From positions 1 through 54,980 of the forward strand of contig CAZPSL010000213.1 in assembly GCA_964589145.1 (NCBI GenBank): a DNA stretch of 54,980 nucleotides, read 5' to 3'. The notes under the pieces were generated by a model that searched no databases, was not told the DNA's origin, and saw only the letters and a list, made by a program, of their open reading frames with translations. This DNA comes from an uncultured Anaerolineales bacterium. Lineage in GTDB: Bacteria; Chloroflexota; Anaerolineae; Anaerolineales; UBA11858. Positions 16,810-25,283 of the stretch are shown here, piece after piece (position 1 is the first letter of the stretch; every line of letters begins with the position of its first letter). The position numbers were made by a program, and so were the translations under genes.

Positions 16810-17792
16810 AACGCCTGATTCTCATTGCTGCCTTGTTGATTTTGTCCATCACTGCCATAGCCTGTTCATCTGGCGGTAGTGCGGGAGCAGTTAATCCACC
16901 CGCCCTGGACACCGGTATTGACCCCGAAGCCTGGGTGAGTATCCCTGCCGGAGAATTTCCTTATGGGATGCACGACCATATGACCCAGGTAGATGAGTAC
17001 GAAATCATGGTGACAGATGTCACCGTAGAGCAATACGCCAGGTTCCTGAACGAAGCCCTGGCTGCCGGCGCTATTTCCGTTGGTGCCGTAGATGTTGATG
17101 CCGGTTACAACGTCGAAGACGACGAACTGGTGGCCCCCCGCACCGTGGAAGGCGTGCACGGCTTTTATCCCGGTGATCGCTATGATGGTTACAAGCATGA
17201 GATGCAAATTCTGGAAGGAGAAAAACTGTACATTCCCCTGAACAGTGACGGCATTCGCATTTCCTTCAATGGTACCGAATTTACCTACCAACCGGAATAC
17301 GCCAACCACCCCATGACAATGGTTTCCTGGTACGGCGCAAACGCTTATTGTCAATACTACGACTGGCGGCTGCCGCGGGATGCCGAATGGGAAAAGGCCG
17401 CCCGCGGCACCGAAGTGGACGCCGAAGGGCACGGACGCCCCTTCCCCTGGGGTGAAGAGATTATGCCCAACAACGCCAATTATTATTCCTCGTTTGATCT
17501 CTTCGAGAAAATATCCGACAAACTGGGCAACACCACCCCGGTCGGGTTCTACAACGGGAAAACTTACGAGGGGTATGAAACCCTGGATTCCCCCAGCCCT
17601 TACGGTCTTTACGACATGGCCGGTAACGTCTGGCAGTGGGTTGGGGATGACTTCCCGAACATTCACTACCGCTACATGCGCGGCGGCAGTTACTACTCTT
17701 ACGAAGTGGATCTGCGCGTTTGGAAAATCAACACCGCCGGGCCGGAACACTACGCCCCGGATACCGGCTTCCGCTGTGCGCGGGATCACTGA
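16806..17792 (+). CDS. FGE/SUMF1-fold (formylglycine-generating-enzyme family) lipoprotein
   Basis: The ATG at 16806 overlaps the upstream stop (ATGA). Signal peptide MKRLILIAALLILSITAIAC. Family-typical blocks: HPMTMVSWYGANAYC, RLPRDAEWEKAARG, YDMAGNVWQWV, MRGGSYY and C-terminal GFRCARD. Confidence 0.85.
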   Translation: MKRLILIAALLILSITAIACSSGGSAGAVNPPALDTGIDPEAWVSIPAGEFPYGMHDHMTQVDEYEIMVTDVTVEQYARFLNEALAAGAISVGAVDVDAGYNVEDDELVAPRTVEGVHGFYPGDRYDGYKHEMQILEGEKLYIPLNSDGIRISFNGTEFTYQPEYANHPMTMVSWYGANAYCQYYDWRLPRDAEWEKAARGTEVDAEGHGRPFPWGEEIMPNNANYYSSFDLFEKISDKLGNTTPVGFYNGKTYEGYETLDSPSPYGLYDMAGNVWQWVGDDFPNIHYRYMRGGSYYSYEVDLRVWKINTAGPEHYAPDTGFRCARDH

Positions 17793-17874
17793 TATTCAAG
17801 CGGGTCATCCGGGGAACCTCGAATGACCCGCGTTCGTCCCATCTGCACGATTTTTGATCTTCCCCGGAGATAGT

Positions 17875-18729
17875 ATGAATATCATCAAAGCCAAATTCCG
17901 CATCTACTGGCCGCTTATCAAATCCTACCAGACTGCCCTGCTGCTGGTTACTGGCCTGACAGGCTACATGAGTGCCCGTTGTCCGGTCTTTAACATCTGG
18001 ACGCTGCTGGGCGTAGCGGGGAGTCTCTTCCTGGCAATTAGCGGTTCGACGGTGCTCAATATGTGGTACGACCGCGATATTGACGCCAAAATGCCCCGCA
18101 CCATGCACCGGCCGCTTCCCGCTGGTCAAATCACCCCAAAAGAAACCCTGCGGATGGGATTGATTCTCTCGGCATTAGGCGTCCTTTGGGCGTTGGCAAT
18201 TGACCCGCTTTACGGTGTAATCGTCTTCGCCGGGCTGTTCTTTGACGTGATCGTCTACACCATCTGGCTCAAACGCCGCACCGCCTGGAGCATCGTCTGG
18301 GGCGGCATCTCCGGGGCAATGCCGATCATGGCAGGGCGTGCATTGGGAATCGGTTACATTGACTGGGTGGGAATCGCCCTGGGGCTGGGCATCCTCTTCT
18401 GGATTCCGACCCATATCCTCACCTTCAGCATGCGCTACTACGATGACTACAAGGCTGCGGGGGTCCCCACCTTCCCGTCCACCTACGGGTTCGCGGCCAC
18501 CCGCGCGATCATCGCCCTCTCCAGCGTGCTGGCCGCGGTTGCGATGGGGGCAGCAGCCTACGGCATCGGCATGACCGTAGGCTACCTGCGGTTGATGATC
18601 GTACTGTCAGGCGGCCTGCTGGTGCTGGCAATTATCACGATGGTCAAACCATCCGAGCGTGCCAACTTTGGATTGTTCAAGTACGCCTCGCTTTACATGC
18701 TTGGCGCAATGCTGCTGATGACCCTGTAA
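17875..18729 (+). CDS. ctaB: Protoheme IX farnesyltransferase (heme O synthase)
   Basis: ORF trimmed to the ATG at 17875 (RBS ggaga). UbiA-fold protein with the CtaB/CyoE signature NMWYDRDIDAKMPRTMHRPLP. Confidence 0.88.
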   Translation: MNIIKAKFRIYWPLIKSYQTALLLVTGLTGYMSARCPVFNIWTLLGVAGSLFLAISGSTVLNMWYDRDIDAKMPRTMHRPLPAGQITPKETLRMGLILSALGVLWALAIDPLYGVIVFAGLFFDVIVYTIWLKRRTAWSIVWGGISGAMPIMAGRALGIGYIDWVGIALGLGILFWIPTHILTFSMRYYDDYKAAGVPTFPSTYGFAATRAIIALSSVLAAVAMGAAAYGIGMTVGYLRLMIVLSGGLLVLAIITMVKPSERANFGLFKYASLYMLGAMLLMTL

Positions 18730-18751
18730 CACACACCGCCAATCACACTTT

Positions 18752-18792
18752 AAGCCGCAAACAACACCCGCCGTTTTGTTTGCGGCTTTTTT
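18752..18792 (+). terminator. Rho-independent terminator after ctaB
   Basis: aagccgcaaaca ..loop.. tgtttgcggctt followed by tttt. Confidence 0.8.
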
Positions 18793-18815
18793 GAGAATAG
18801 ATAGGAGAAAACACC

Positions 18816-19421
18816 ATGAAAAAGATTTCCGTTCTCGACCGAATTTTACTCCTGATCACCGGTTTGCTGGCTGCCTACCAGATTGTTGTGATGGAAGGGA
18901 ACAGCCCCCTGGCAACCTGGTCGTACACCATTGCCTTTGGAGTGCTGCTGGTTGCCGGATTGCTGATCATCATCATGGGTTTTGAAGTGCTCGACAGCCC
19001 CTGGGTGGTCATCGTCTCAACCATCATCCCGTTAAGCCTCTCCCTGGGGCTGGTCGCCGACTACTACCAGGCCTGGACAACCCCTTACCTGATTTTTGTA
19101 GTCGTCGGCTTCCTGGCAATCGTTTTCACCCGTCTCGCCAAACCGGAGACCAAACTGGCAACCTTCACCCTGGCCTTCGTCCACGGGGTTGCCGGGCTGA
19201 CCATCTTCCTGCTGCCGCTCTTCCTGGCTTTTGGCGGCACCCCTACGATGGGCTTCGCCCTGGTCGGCATTGGCGGCGCGCTGATTGGCGTCGGCGGGTT
19301 GCTGCTGGCCTTCCTCAAAGCCGGAAAACCTATCCTGCCCCAAAATACCATCCTGACCGTTCTCCCCGGCCTGCTGTTGCTGATGACCATCTGTTTTGTC
19401 GCCGGGTTCCACTTCGCATAA
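18816..19421 (+). CDS. Hypothetical about-6-TM membrane protein, paralogue B
   Basis: 201-aa ORF with RBS aggag. Collinear similarity to 13360..13986. Confidence 0.75.
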   Translation: MKKISVLDRILLLITGLLAAYQIVVMEGNSPLATWSYTIAFGVLLVAGLLIIIMGFEVLDSPWVVIVSTIIPLSLSLGLVADYYQAWTTPYLIFVVVGFLAIVFTRLAKPETKLATFTLAFVHGVAGLTIFLLPLFLAFGGTPTMGFALVGIGGALIGVGGLLLAFLKAGKPILPQNTILTVLPGLLLLMTICFVAGFHFA

Positions 19422-19489
19422 TTCGAGACCGGGGATAAAAAGATTGCAGCATTGATGTAAAACGGAAATTGCAGGGCCAGGCTGTCTGT

Positions 19490-19526
19490 GGGGGTATTTT
19501 TCGTGCGCAGCGCGAAAAATACCCCC
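19490..19526. repeat. Near-perfect 37-nt palindrome of the GGTATTTTTCG...CGAAAAATACC family
   Basis: gggggtatttttcg tgcgcagcg cgaaaaataccccc. Related copies lie at 4-35 and 39726-39762. Confidence 0.7.
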
Positions 19527-19608
19527 GCAACGCTCATTTTCGGAAGAACGCCAACATACCAGGCAGCAATCTTCACGGGCACAATACCATTCCACCACTT
19601 CCATCAAC

Positions 19609-20067
19609 ATGACATCTCTACTAGAGTTCCTTCAATCCTTCCGCGGCAAGATGAAAACCAGCCGCTACAAAATCTGGCTGCGCGCTTTCCTGCTGTTCCA
19701 GTTCTCGGTGCTGTTCGGGTTTTACCTCATCCGCGATATTGCTAACGGCTACTTCACCTGGACCTGGGTGGTAATCACCATTATCCTGTTTGTACCGGTC
19801 GGTCTTCTCCTGAGCCGCATTGTCCCCATGCAGCCGGATCACGAGAAAAAGGCTGTCACTCTTTCCATTGACAAAGTTTACCTGGTCCTGATCTGGGTGC
19901 TGGTGATCGCCAAACTGGTCGCCGGGCATATCCCCGAAGCCACCGTCATCGCCGACATCATCATGTGCGCCATTCTGGGAATCATGAGCGGGCGCATCGG
20001 CGGCATCGGGCTGCGGGTACGCTCCCTCAAACAAAAACACCAATTCATCAACAACGATGACGAATAA
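19609..20067 (+). CDS. Small about-4-TM membrane protein (weak resemblance to CcdC/DUF1453-type proteins)
   Basis: 152-aa ORF with a hydrophobic profile. The family assignment is from memory only and is uncertain. Confidence 0.55.
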   Translation: MTSLLEFLQSFRGKMKTSRYKIWLRAFLLFQFSVLFGFYLIRDIANGYFTWTWVVITIILFVPVGLLLSRIVPMQPDHEKKAVTLSIDKVYLVLIWVLVIAKLVAGHIPEATVIADIIMCAILGIMSGRIGGIGLRVRSLKQKHQFINNDDE

Positions 20068-20093
20068 GCATCATCGTCTCTACAAGGATAAAA

Positions 20094-20510
20094 ATGACTA
20101 ACAAACAATCTGAACGCATCTTCTTCATCGCCGGAGCATTGCTGGCCGGGCTGGCAGTCGCCGTTGGCTCTTTCAGCGCGCACGGCGCGGTCAAGATGCT
20201 CTCTGAGGACGCCGTCCGTTGGCTCGCCAAAGGCGCCCGTTATGAGATGTACCACGCCCTGGCCTTGTTTCCGGTTGTCTGGGCACTGACCTACTGGCCC
20301 CAACAGGCAAAAACGCTCAAGATCGCCGGATGGCTTTTCATTGCCGGGACCGCGCTCTTCGCGGGGAGTCTCTACCTGATGGCCTTCACCGGAATCAGCC
20401 TGGGATACGTCACCCCGGCCGGCGGCATCTCCTACATGCTGGGCTGGATCGCGCTCGCCGTCGCCGCCTGGAAGGGTGGAGCCGGACTCTCCCCGTCGGA
20501 ACGAGAATAA
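20094..20510 (+). CDS. DUF423 (YgdD/TMEM256-like) membrane protein
   Basis: 138-aa ORF with GSFSAHG...YEMYHALAL...AG.LF..G...FSGSLY-like blocks typical of DUF423. Confidence 0.8.
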   Translation: MTNKQSERIFFIAGALLAGLAVAVGSFSAHGAVKMLSEDAVRWLAKGARYEMYHALALFPVVWALTYWPQQAKTLKIAGWLFIAGTALFAGSLYLMAFTGISLGYVTPAGGISYMLGWIALAVAAWKGGAGLSPSERE

Positions 20511-20514
20511 AGCG

Positions 20515-20697
20515 GGGTGCAGGCAAATATTGTAGAAATTCCTGTGTGTTTCCCTCGCCCCGCACACAAGACTGGCAGTCCTGGCAGGACTGCCAGTCTT
20601 CATTTGGCGAACAGGACAGGCACCGAACACCCCGCCTCGCCGGGGGGAAGGGCAGAGACATGCGGCTGCCCGATTTCTACATCTTTTGCTTGCACCC
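20515..20697. mobile_element. Complete modular MITE-like element (183 bp) with a perfect 8-bp target-site duplication
   Basis: Ends are gggtgcaggcaaatattgtagaaat ... atttctacatcttttgcttgcaccc. The element is flanked by ataaagcg at 20507-20514 (which includes the TAA stop of the DUF423 gene) and at 20698-20705. It carries the 29-nt palindrome at 20570-20598. Confidence 0.88.
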
Positions 20698-20840
20698 ATA
20701 AAGCGCAGGCCCCGCATCCCCCAGGGAAAGGGGGATATGCTGTTGTGTTACTGCCCTTCCCCTTTTTGAAGAGGGCCGGGGGCGATGCAGATTGGGCTGA
20801 GGGGTAGAAATGTCGTCACAACAGATCCGAAACCCGGGTT

Positions 20841-20879
20841 AAAAGAAAAAATCCCGCCGCCCAGGAGGCAGGCGGCGGG
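20841..20879 (-). terminator. Rho-independent terminator downstream of the EamA-family gene
   Basis: On the minus strand, cccgccgcc tgcctcctg ggcggcggg is followed by attttttctttt. Confidence 0.7.
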
Positions 20880-21051
20880 TTGCGGGGGGAGGTGCAAAAT
20901 AAGGAGATGTCTTTTGGGTTCCCGCAATGTGAGGCGGCCAAATCCTACCACAAATCTGCACTCCGCAAACTTTCAAATTTGAAAGGGGGGCAGGCCAACG
21001 TTGTGGAAGAATTGCTGCTTGCCGACAGGTCAATCCGCCGCCCCCCTCCCC

Positions 21052-21915
21052 CTACGATTTCGCCGCCAGCAGCAGCCCCAGCCCGATCAGCAACCCGCCG
21101 GACAGAAACAGGGGCGTGAGCGTTTCCCCCAGCAGGAGCGCGCCCAGCGCCGCACCGACCACCGGCTGGGCGAAGAAGGTCAGCGAAGCGACTCCGGCTT
21201 CCAGGCGGGCAAAAGCCGTGTTCCAGAGATACATCGCCAGCGCAGTGGAAATGACCCCCACGTACAGGATGCTCAGCACCGCTCCCCAGGAGAGAGGCCC
21301 CAGCCCGAGGGTTCCCAGTTCCAGCCCGGCGGCGGGGATTGTGAGAGGCAGCCCGCCCAAAAACGTGACCACGCTCACGGGGAGCACCGCCAAACCGCGC
21401 GTCACCCGCCGGATCAGCACCGAGTAGAGCGCCCAGGTGAGCGCCGCCATCACCAGCGCGAGGTTGCCCCAGAACAAATCCGGCGAAAGGCGGGCGTTGC
21501 GCGGGTCGAGCACGATGACCACGCCGAGAGTCGCCAGCCCGAGGGCCAGCAGCCGCCTGCGGGTGATGCGCTCCCCCAAAATCCACGCCGCCCAAAGCAG
21601 CACAAACGCCGGGGTGGACGAAGTGACCAGCGCACCGTTAGCCGCGGTCGAGAGTTTGGTACCCACAAACTGAAACCCCAGCGAAACCCCGTACCCGACA
21701 AACCCCACGCCGAGCACCTGCATCCACTGGCGGCGCGTGAAGCGGATGCCCCCCGCCCGCCACAGGAACGGCGCCAGCGTCAGGATGCCGAGCAACAAGC
21801 GCGAGGTCAGCAGCGTGAAGGGCGGCACCACGTCCAGCACGGCTTTGCTGGCAACATACATCCCGCCCCAGATGGCGGCGGCGGTCAATCCGGCGAGCAG
21901 TCCGAACCAGTCCAT
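21052..21915 (-). CDS. EamA/DMT-family transporter
   Basis: 287-aa ORF with 10 hydrophobic segments in two EamA-like halves. Confidence 0.82.
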   Translation of the reverse strand: MDWFGLLAGLTAAAIWGGMYVASKAVLDVVPPFTLLTSRLLLGILTLAPFLWRAGGIRFTRRQWMQVLGVGFVGYGVSLGFQFVGTKLSTAANGALVTSSTPAFVLLWAAWILGERITRRRLLALGLATLGVVIVLDPRNARLSPDLFWGNLALVMAALTWALYSVLIRRVTRGLAVLPVSVVTFLGGLPLTIPAAGLELGTLGLGPLSWGAVLSILYVGVISTALAMYLWNTAFARLEAGVASLTFFAQPVVGAALGALLLGETLTPLFLSGGLLIGLGLLLAAKS

Positions 21916-22161
21916 ATTCGGACATTATACACTTTCCCTGCACCCCGTCCTGTGGTTTAATCGAGAACGCGTACACAAAAGTCGCAGCGATTGAGCCGCC
22001 GAGTGGAAACTGCCCTGTCTGCCCTCACCCCCAGCCCCTCTCCCTTAGGGAGAGGGGAGTCCGAGCATATGCGAGGACGGGGTGAGGGAAACACAAGATC
22101 TTCTCCATCCCTTGCGCCCGTCAAAACCGGCAGCACCATCTCCCACGAAAACGGAGTCTCC

Positions 22162-23463
22162 ATGAACTTCAACAAAATCTGCGTGCTCGGCCTGGGTTAC
22201 ATCGGATTGCCCACCGCCAGCACCTTCGCCACGCACGGCATCCGCGTTGTTGGCGTGGATGTCAACCAGCGGGTGGTGCAAACCCTGCAAAACGGAGAAA
22301 TCCACATCCACGAGCCGGGGCTGCGCACCCTCGTTCAGGCCGCGCTCAAATCCGGCAACCTGACCATCGCCGACCACCCCGAACCGGCGGACGCCTTCAT
22401 CATCGCCGTCCCCACGCCCTTCAGGCAGGCAGATGACAGCGGGCAGGCAGCGGGCACACCCCGCGCGGACCTGCGCTACGTCATCTCCGCCGCGGAATCC
22501 ATCGTCCCGCACCTGCGCCCCGGCAATCTGGTGATCCTCGAATCCACCTCCCCGCCGCGCACCACCGTGGACGTGGTCGCCCCCATCCTGGAAAAATCGG
22601 GCCTGCGGGCGGGCGAAGATTTTTACCTGGCCTACTCCCCGGAACGCGTCCTCCCCGGCCAGATTTTGCGGGAACTGATTGAAAACGCCCGCGTCATCGG
22701 CGGCGTGAACCCCGCCTCCGCTCAGGCCGGGCACGACCTCTACCGGGTGTTCGTGCGCGGCAAAATCCTGCAAACCACCGCCACCACCGCCGAGATGGTC
22801 AAACTGATGGAAAACACCACCCGCGACGTCAACATCGCCATCGCCAACGAGTTCGCCCGCCTGGCGGAGCGTCTCGGCGTGGACGTATGGGAGGCCATCG
22901 CGCTCGCCAACCTGCACCCGCGCATCGACATCCTGCGCCCCGGCCCCGGCGTGGGCGGTCACTGCATCAGCGTGGACCCCTGGTTTTTGGTCGAAGCCGC
23001 GCCCGAAACCGCCCGCCTGATCCGCACCGCCCGCGAGGTCAACGACGAGCAGCCCGCCCGCGTGGTCGCCCGCATCCGTGACGCTCTCGGCGACCTGACG
23101 GGCAAGCGCGTTGCCGTGCTGGGGCTGGCCTACAAACCCGATGTGGACGATCTGCGCGAAAGCCCCGCCATCGAGGTTGCGCATCTGCTTCAGGAGGCGG
23201 GCGCAGACGTGATTGCCTATGAACCTTACAAGGTGGAGCACGCGGTTCCGGGGATTCCCGCCGCCCCGGATTTGGAATCCGCCCTGAAAGGGAGCGACAT
23301 CCTGGCATTTTTGGTGGCGCACACACCCTTCAGGGAACTCCGTCCCGAGGCGGCTGCCGCGCTCACGGAGGCCCGTCTCGTGGTGGATACCGTCAACCTC
23401 TGTGACCCCGCCGCCTGGGAAGCCGCCGGCTTTACCCTGCACCGTCTCGGCGTGGGCATCTGA
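22162..23463 (+). CDS. wecC: UDP-N-acetyl-D-mannosamine dehydrogenase-like nucleotide-sugar dehydrogenase
   Basis: ORF 21991..23463 trimmed to the ATG at 22162 (MNFNKICVLGLGYIGLPTASTFATHG...); the upstream part translates repeat modules. Catalytic-Cys region GPGVGGHCISVDP. Confidence 0.8.
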   Translation: MNFNKICVLGLGYIGLPTASTFATHGIRVVGVDVNQRVVQTLQNGEIHIHEPGLRTLVQAALKSGNLTIADHPEPADAFIIAVPTPFRQADDSGQAAGTPRADLRYVISAAESIVPHLRPGNLVILESTSPPRTTVDVVAPILEKSGLRAGEDFYLAYSPERVLPGQILRELIENARVIGGVNPASAQAGHDLYRVFVRGKILQTTATTAEMVKLMENTTRDVNIAIANEFARLAERLGVDVWEAIALANLHPRIDILRPGPGVGGHCISVDPWFLVEAAPETARLIRTAREVNDEQPARVVARIRDALGDLTGKRVAVLGLAYKPDVDDLRESPAIEVAHLLQEAGADVIAYEPYKVEHAVPGIPAAPDLESALKGSDILAFLVAHTPFRELRPEAAAALTEARLVVDTVNLCDPAAWEAAGFTLHRLGVGI

Positions 23464-23568
23464 CCGCCGCCCCCCATCGCGCTGAGCGGAGACGGCGTCA
23501 GCCGTCGCAGTCGAAGCGCACGCACCCAGTGGCGCCGCGCTTACGCCATCCGACACGATGCCAACCGG

Positions 23569-23609
23569 CAACCTGTAACCTTCAACCTGCAACCTGAAAC
23601 CTTCCAACC
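23569..23609. repeat. CAACCTN heptamer array immediately upstream of wecB
   Basis: caacctgtaaccttcaacctgcaacctgaaaccttccaacc ends 5 nt before the ATG at 23615. Confidence 0.8.
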
Positions 23610-23614
23610 ATCAC

Positions 23615-24724
23615 ATGCCCCCTCTCAAAATCCTCACCATCTTCGGCACACGGCCTGAAGCCGTAAAAATGGCGCCCGTTGTTCGGGAACTCGCCCGCAC
23701 CCCCGGGGTGGAAGCGCGCGTTTGCGTCACCGCGCAGCACCGCGAAATGCTCGACCAGGTACTCAACCTGTTCGGCATCACCCCCGACATTGACCTCGAC
23801 CTGATGCGCCCCGGTCAATCGCTGGCGGAACTGACCGCCCGCGTTTTCACTCACCTCGACCCCGTGCTGAGCGATTTTCAGCCCGATTGGGTGCTCGTCC
23901 AGGGCGATACCACCACGGTGATGGCCTCCGCCCTGCTGGCCTACTACCACCGCATCAGGGTCGGGCACGTGGAAGCGGGGCTGCGCACCGGCGACAAGTT
24001 CCAGCCCTTCCCGGAGGAGATCAACCGCCGGGTGGCGGGCGTGGTCGCCGACCTGCACTTCGCTCCCACCGAATGGGCGCGGCAGAACCTCCTGCGCGAA
24101 AACGTCCCCGACGAGCAGATCATCGTCACCGGCAACACCGTGATTGACGCCCTGCGCTGGGTCACGCAGCAGCCGTTCGATTTCGCAGCCTTCAACTTCC
24201 AGCCTGCCGCCTTCAACCGTTTGGTGCTGGTCACCGCGCACCGCCGCGAGAACTTCGGCAAACCCCTCGAAAACATTTGCGAGGCCATCCGCACCCTCGC
24301 CGACCATTACGCCGGGGAGGTGCAGTTCGTCTATCCCGTGCATCTCAACCCCAACGTGCAGGAGCCGGTTCACCGTATCCTGGGGAACCAGCCCCACGTC
24401 ACCCTGCTGCCCCCGCTGGATTACCTGCCGCTCGTCCACCTGATGAAGCGCGCTACCCTGGTGCTGACCGATTCCGGCGGGATTCAGGAAGAAGCCCCCG
24501 GGCTGGGAATCCCGACCCTGGTGCTGCGCAACACCACCGAGCGGCCGGAGGGCGTGGAGGCTGGCACCCTCAAACTGGTCGGCACCGACCCCGAAGTGAT
24601 CGTCCGCGAAGCCCGCCGTCTGCTTGATGACCCCGCCGCGCACGCCGCCATGTCCGGAGCGAAGAACCCCTACGGAGACGGTCACGCTGCCGAGCGGATT
24701 GTATCGGCACTGCTGAACCTGTAA
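23615..24724 (+). CDS. wecB: UDP-N-acetylglucosamine 2-epimerase (non-hydrolysing)
   Basis: 369-aa ORF with [35 protein letters not shown] and TDSGG.QEEAP blocks. Confidence 0.92.
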   Translation: MPPLKILTIFGTRPEAVKMAPVVRELARTPGVEARVCVTAQHREMLDQVLNLFGITPDIDLDLMRPGQSLAELTARVFTHLDPVLSDFQPDWVLVQGDTTTVMASALLAYYHRIRVGHVEAGLRTGDKFQPFPEEINRRVAGVVADLHFAPTEWARQNLLRENVPDEQIIVTGNTVIDALRWVTQQPFDFAAFNFQPAAFNRLVLVTAHRRENFGKPLENICEAIRTLADHYAGEVQFVYPVHLNPNVQEPVHRILGNQPHVTLLPPLDYLPLVHLMKRATLVLTDSGGIQEEAPGLGIPTLVLRNTTERPEGVEAGTLKLVGTDPEVIVREARRLLDDPAAHAAMSGAKNPYGDGHAAERIVSALLNL

Positions 24725-24767
24725 CCTTCAACTTTCAACCTTCAACCTTCAACTTTCAACATCCAAC
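24715..24767. repeat. CAAC(C/T)TT heptamer array bridging the wecB stop and the next start codon
   Basis: gaacctgtaaccttcaactttcaaccttcaaccttcaactttcaacatccaac. It begins in the last codons of wecB and ends at the ATG at 24768. Confidence 0.85.
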
Positions 24768-25262
24768 ATGGATTTCATCACCCGCCTTGCTTACCTGCGC
24801 CGGAAACCACTCATCGGCAAACTGGCTTACTACGCGCTCAAACTCCTGGGCGTGGAACTGCCGCGTTCCGTGCCCGTCGGCGAGGGGCTGGAAATCGCCC
24901 ACGGCGGCTTCGGGATTGTGATCCACTCCAGGGCGCGCATCGGGAAACGGGTCAAACTCTACCCCGGAGTCACCCTCGGGCGGGCGGACATCTACCGGCC
25001 CGCGTCCGAATCGCGCTTCGAGGGCATCGTCATCGAAGACGATGTGATCCTCGCCCCGGGGTGCAAAATCCTGTGCAAGGAGGGCGTGCTGCGCGTCGGC
25101 CGCGGCACGGTGATTGGCGCAAACGCCGTCCTGCTGCAATCCACCGGTGAATGGGAGATTTGGGCGGGAGTCCCCGCGCGGCGAGTTGGGAGAATCAACG
25201 AAGCGGCGGGTCAGCGAGTCAGCGAATCAGCGAACCAACCCGCTGACTCGCCGAATCGCTGA
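24768..25262 (+). CDS. Left-handed beta-helix (hexapeptide-repeat) acyl/acetyltransferase, serine-acetyltransferase-like
   Basis: 164-aa ORF with hexapeptide-like repeats (IGKRVKLYPGVTLG, IEDDVILAPGCKI, VGRGTVIGANAVL). The C-terminal 17 residues are encoded by an octamer repeat array. Confidence 0.7.
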   Translation: MDFITRLAYLRRKPLIGKLAYYALKLLGVELPRSVPVGEGLEIAHGGFGIVIHSRARIGKRVKLYPGVTLGRADIYRPASESRFEGIVIEDDVILAPGCKILCKEGVLRVGRGTVIGANAVLLQSTGEWEIWAGVPARRVGRINEAAGQRVSESANQPADSPNR

Positions 25263-25283
25263 ATCGCTGAATCGCTGAATCGT
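25210..25283. repeat. Octamer array in inverted halves (CAGCGARY x3 / GAATCGCT x3-4)
   Basis: gtcagcgagtcagcgaatcagcgaacc...ccgaatcgctgaatcgctgaatcgctgaatcgt. The two halves are reverse complements. The array covers the 3' end of the acetyltransferase ORF and the whole spacer up to the ATG at 25284. Confidence 0.85.

Noticed and set aside
22045-24685. Long minus-strand ORFs 22045..23607 and 23582..24685
   Set aside because: They lie antisense to wecC and wecB, which have clear family signatures.
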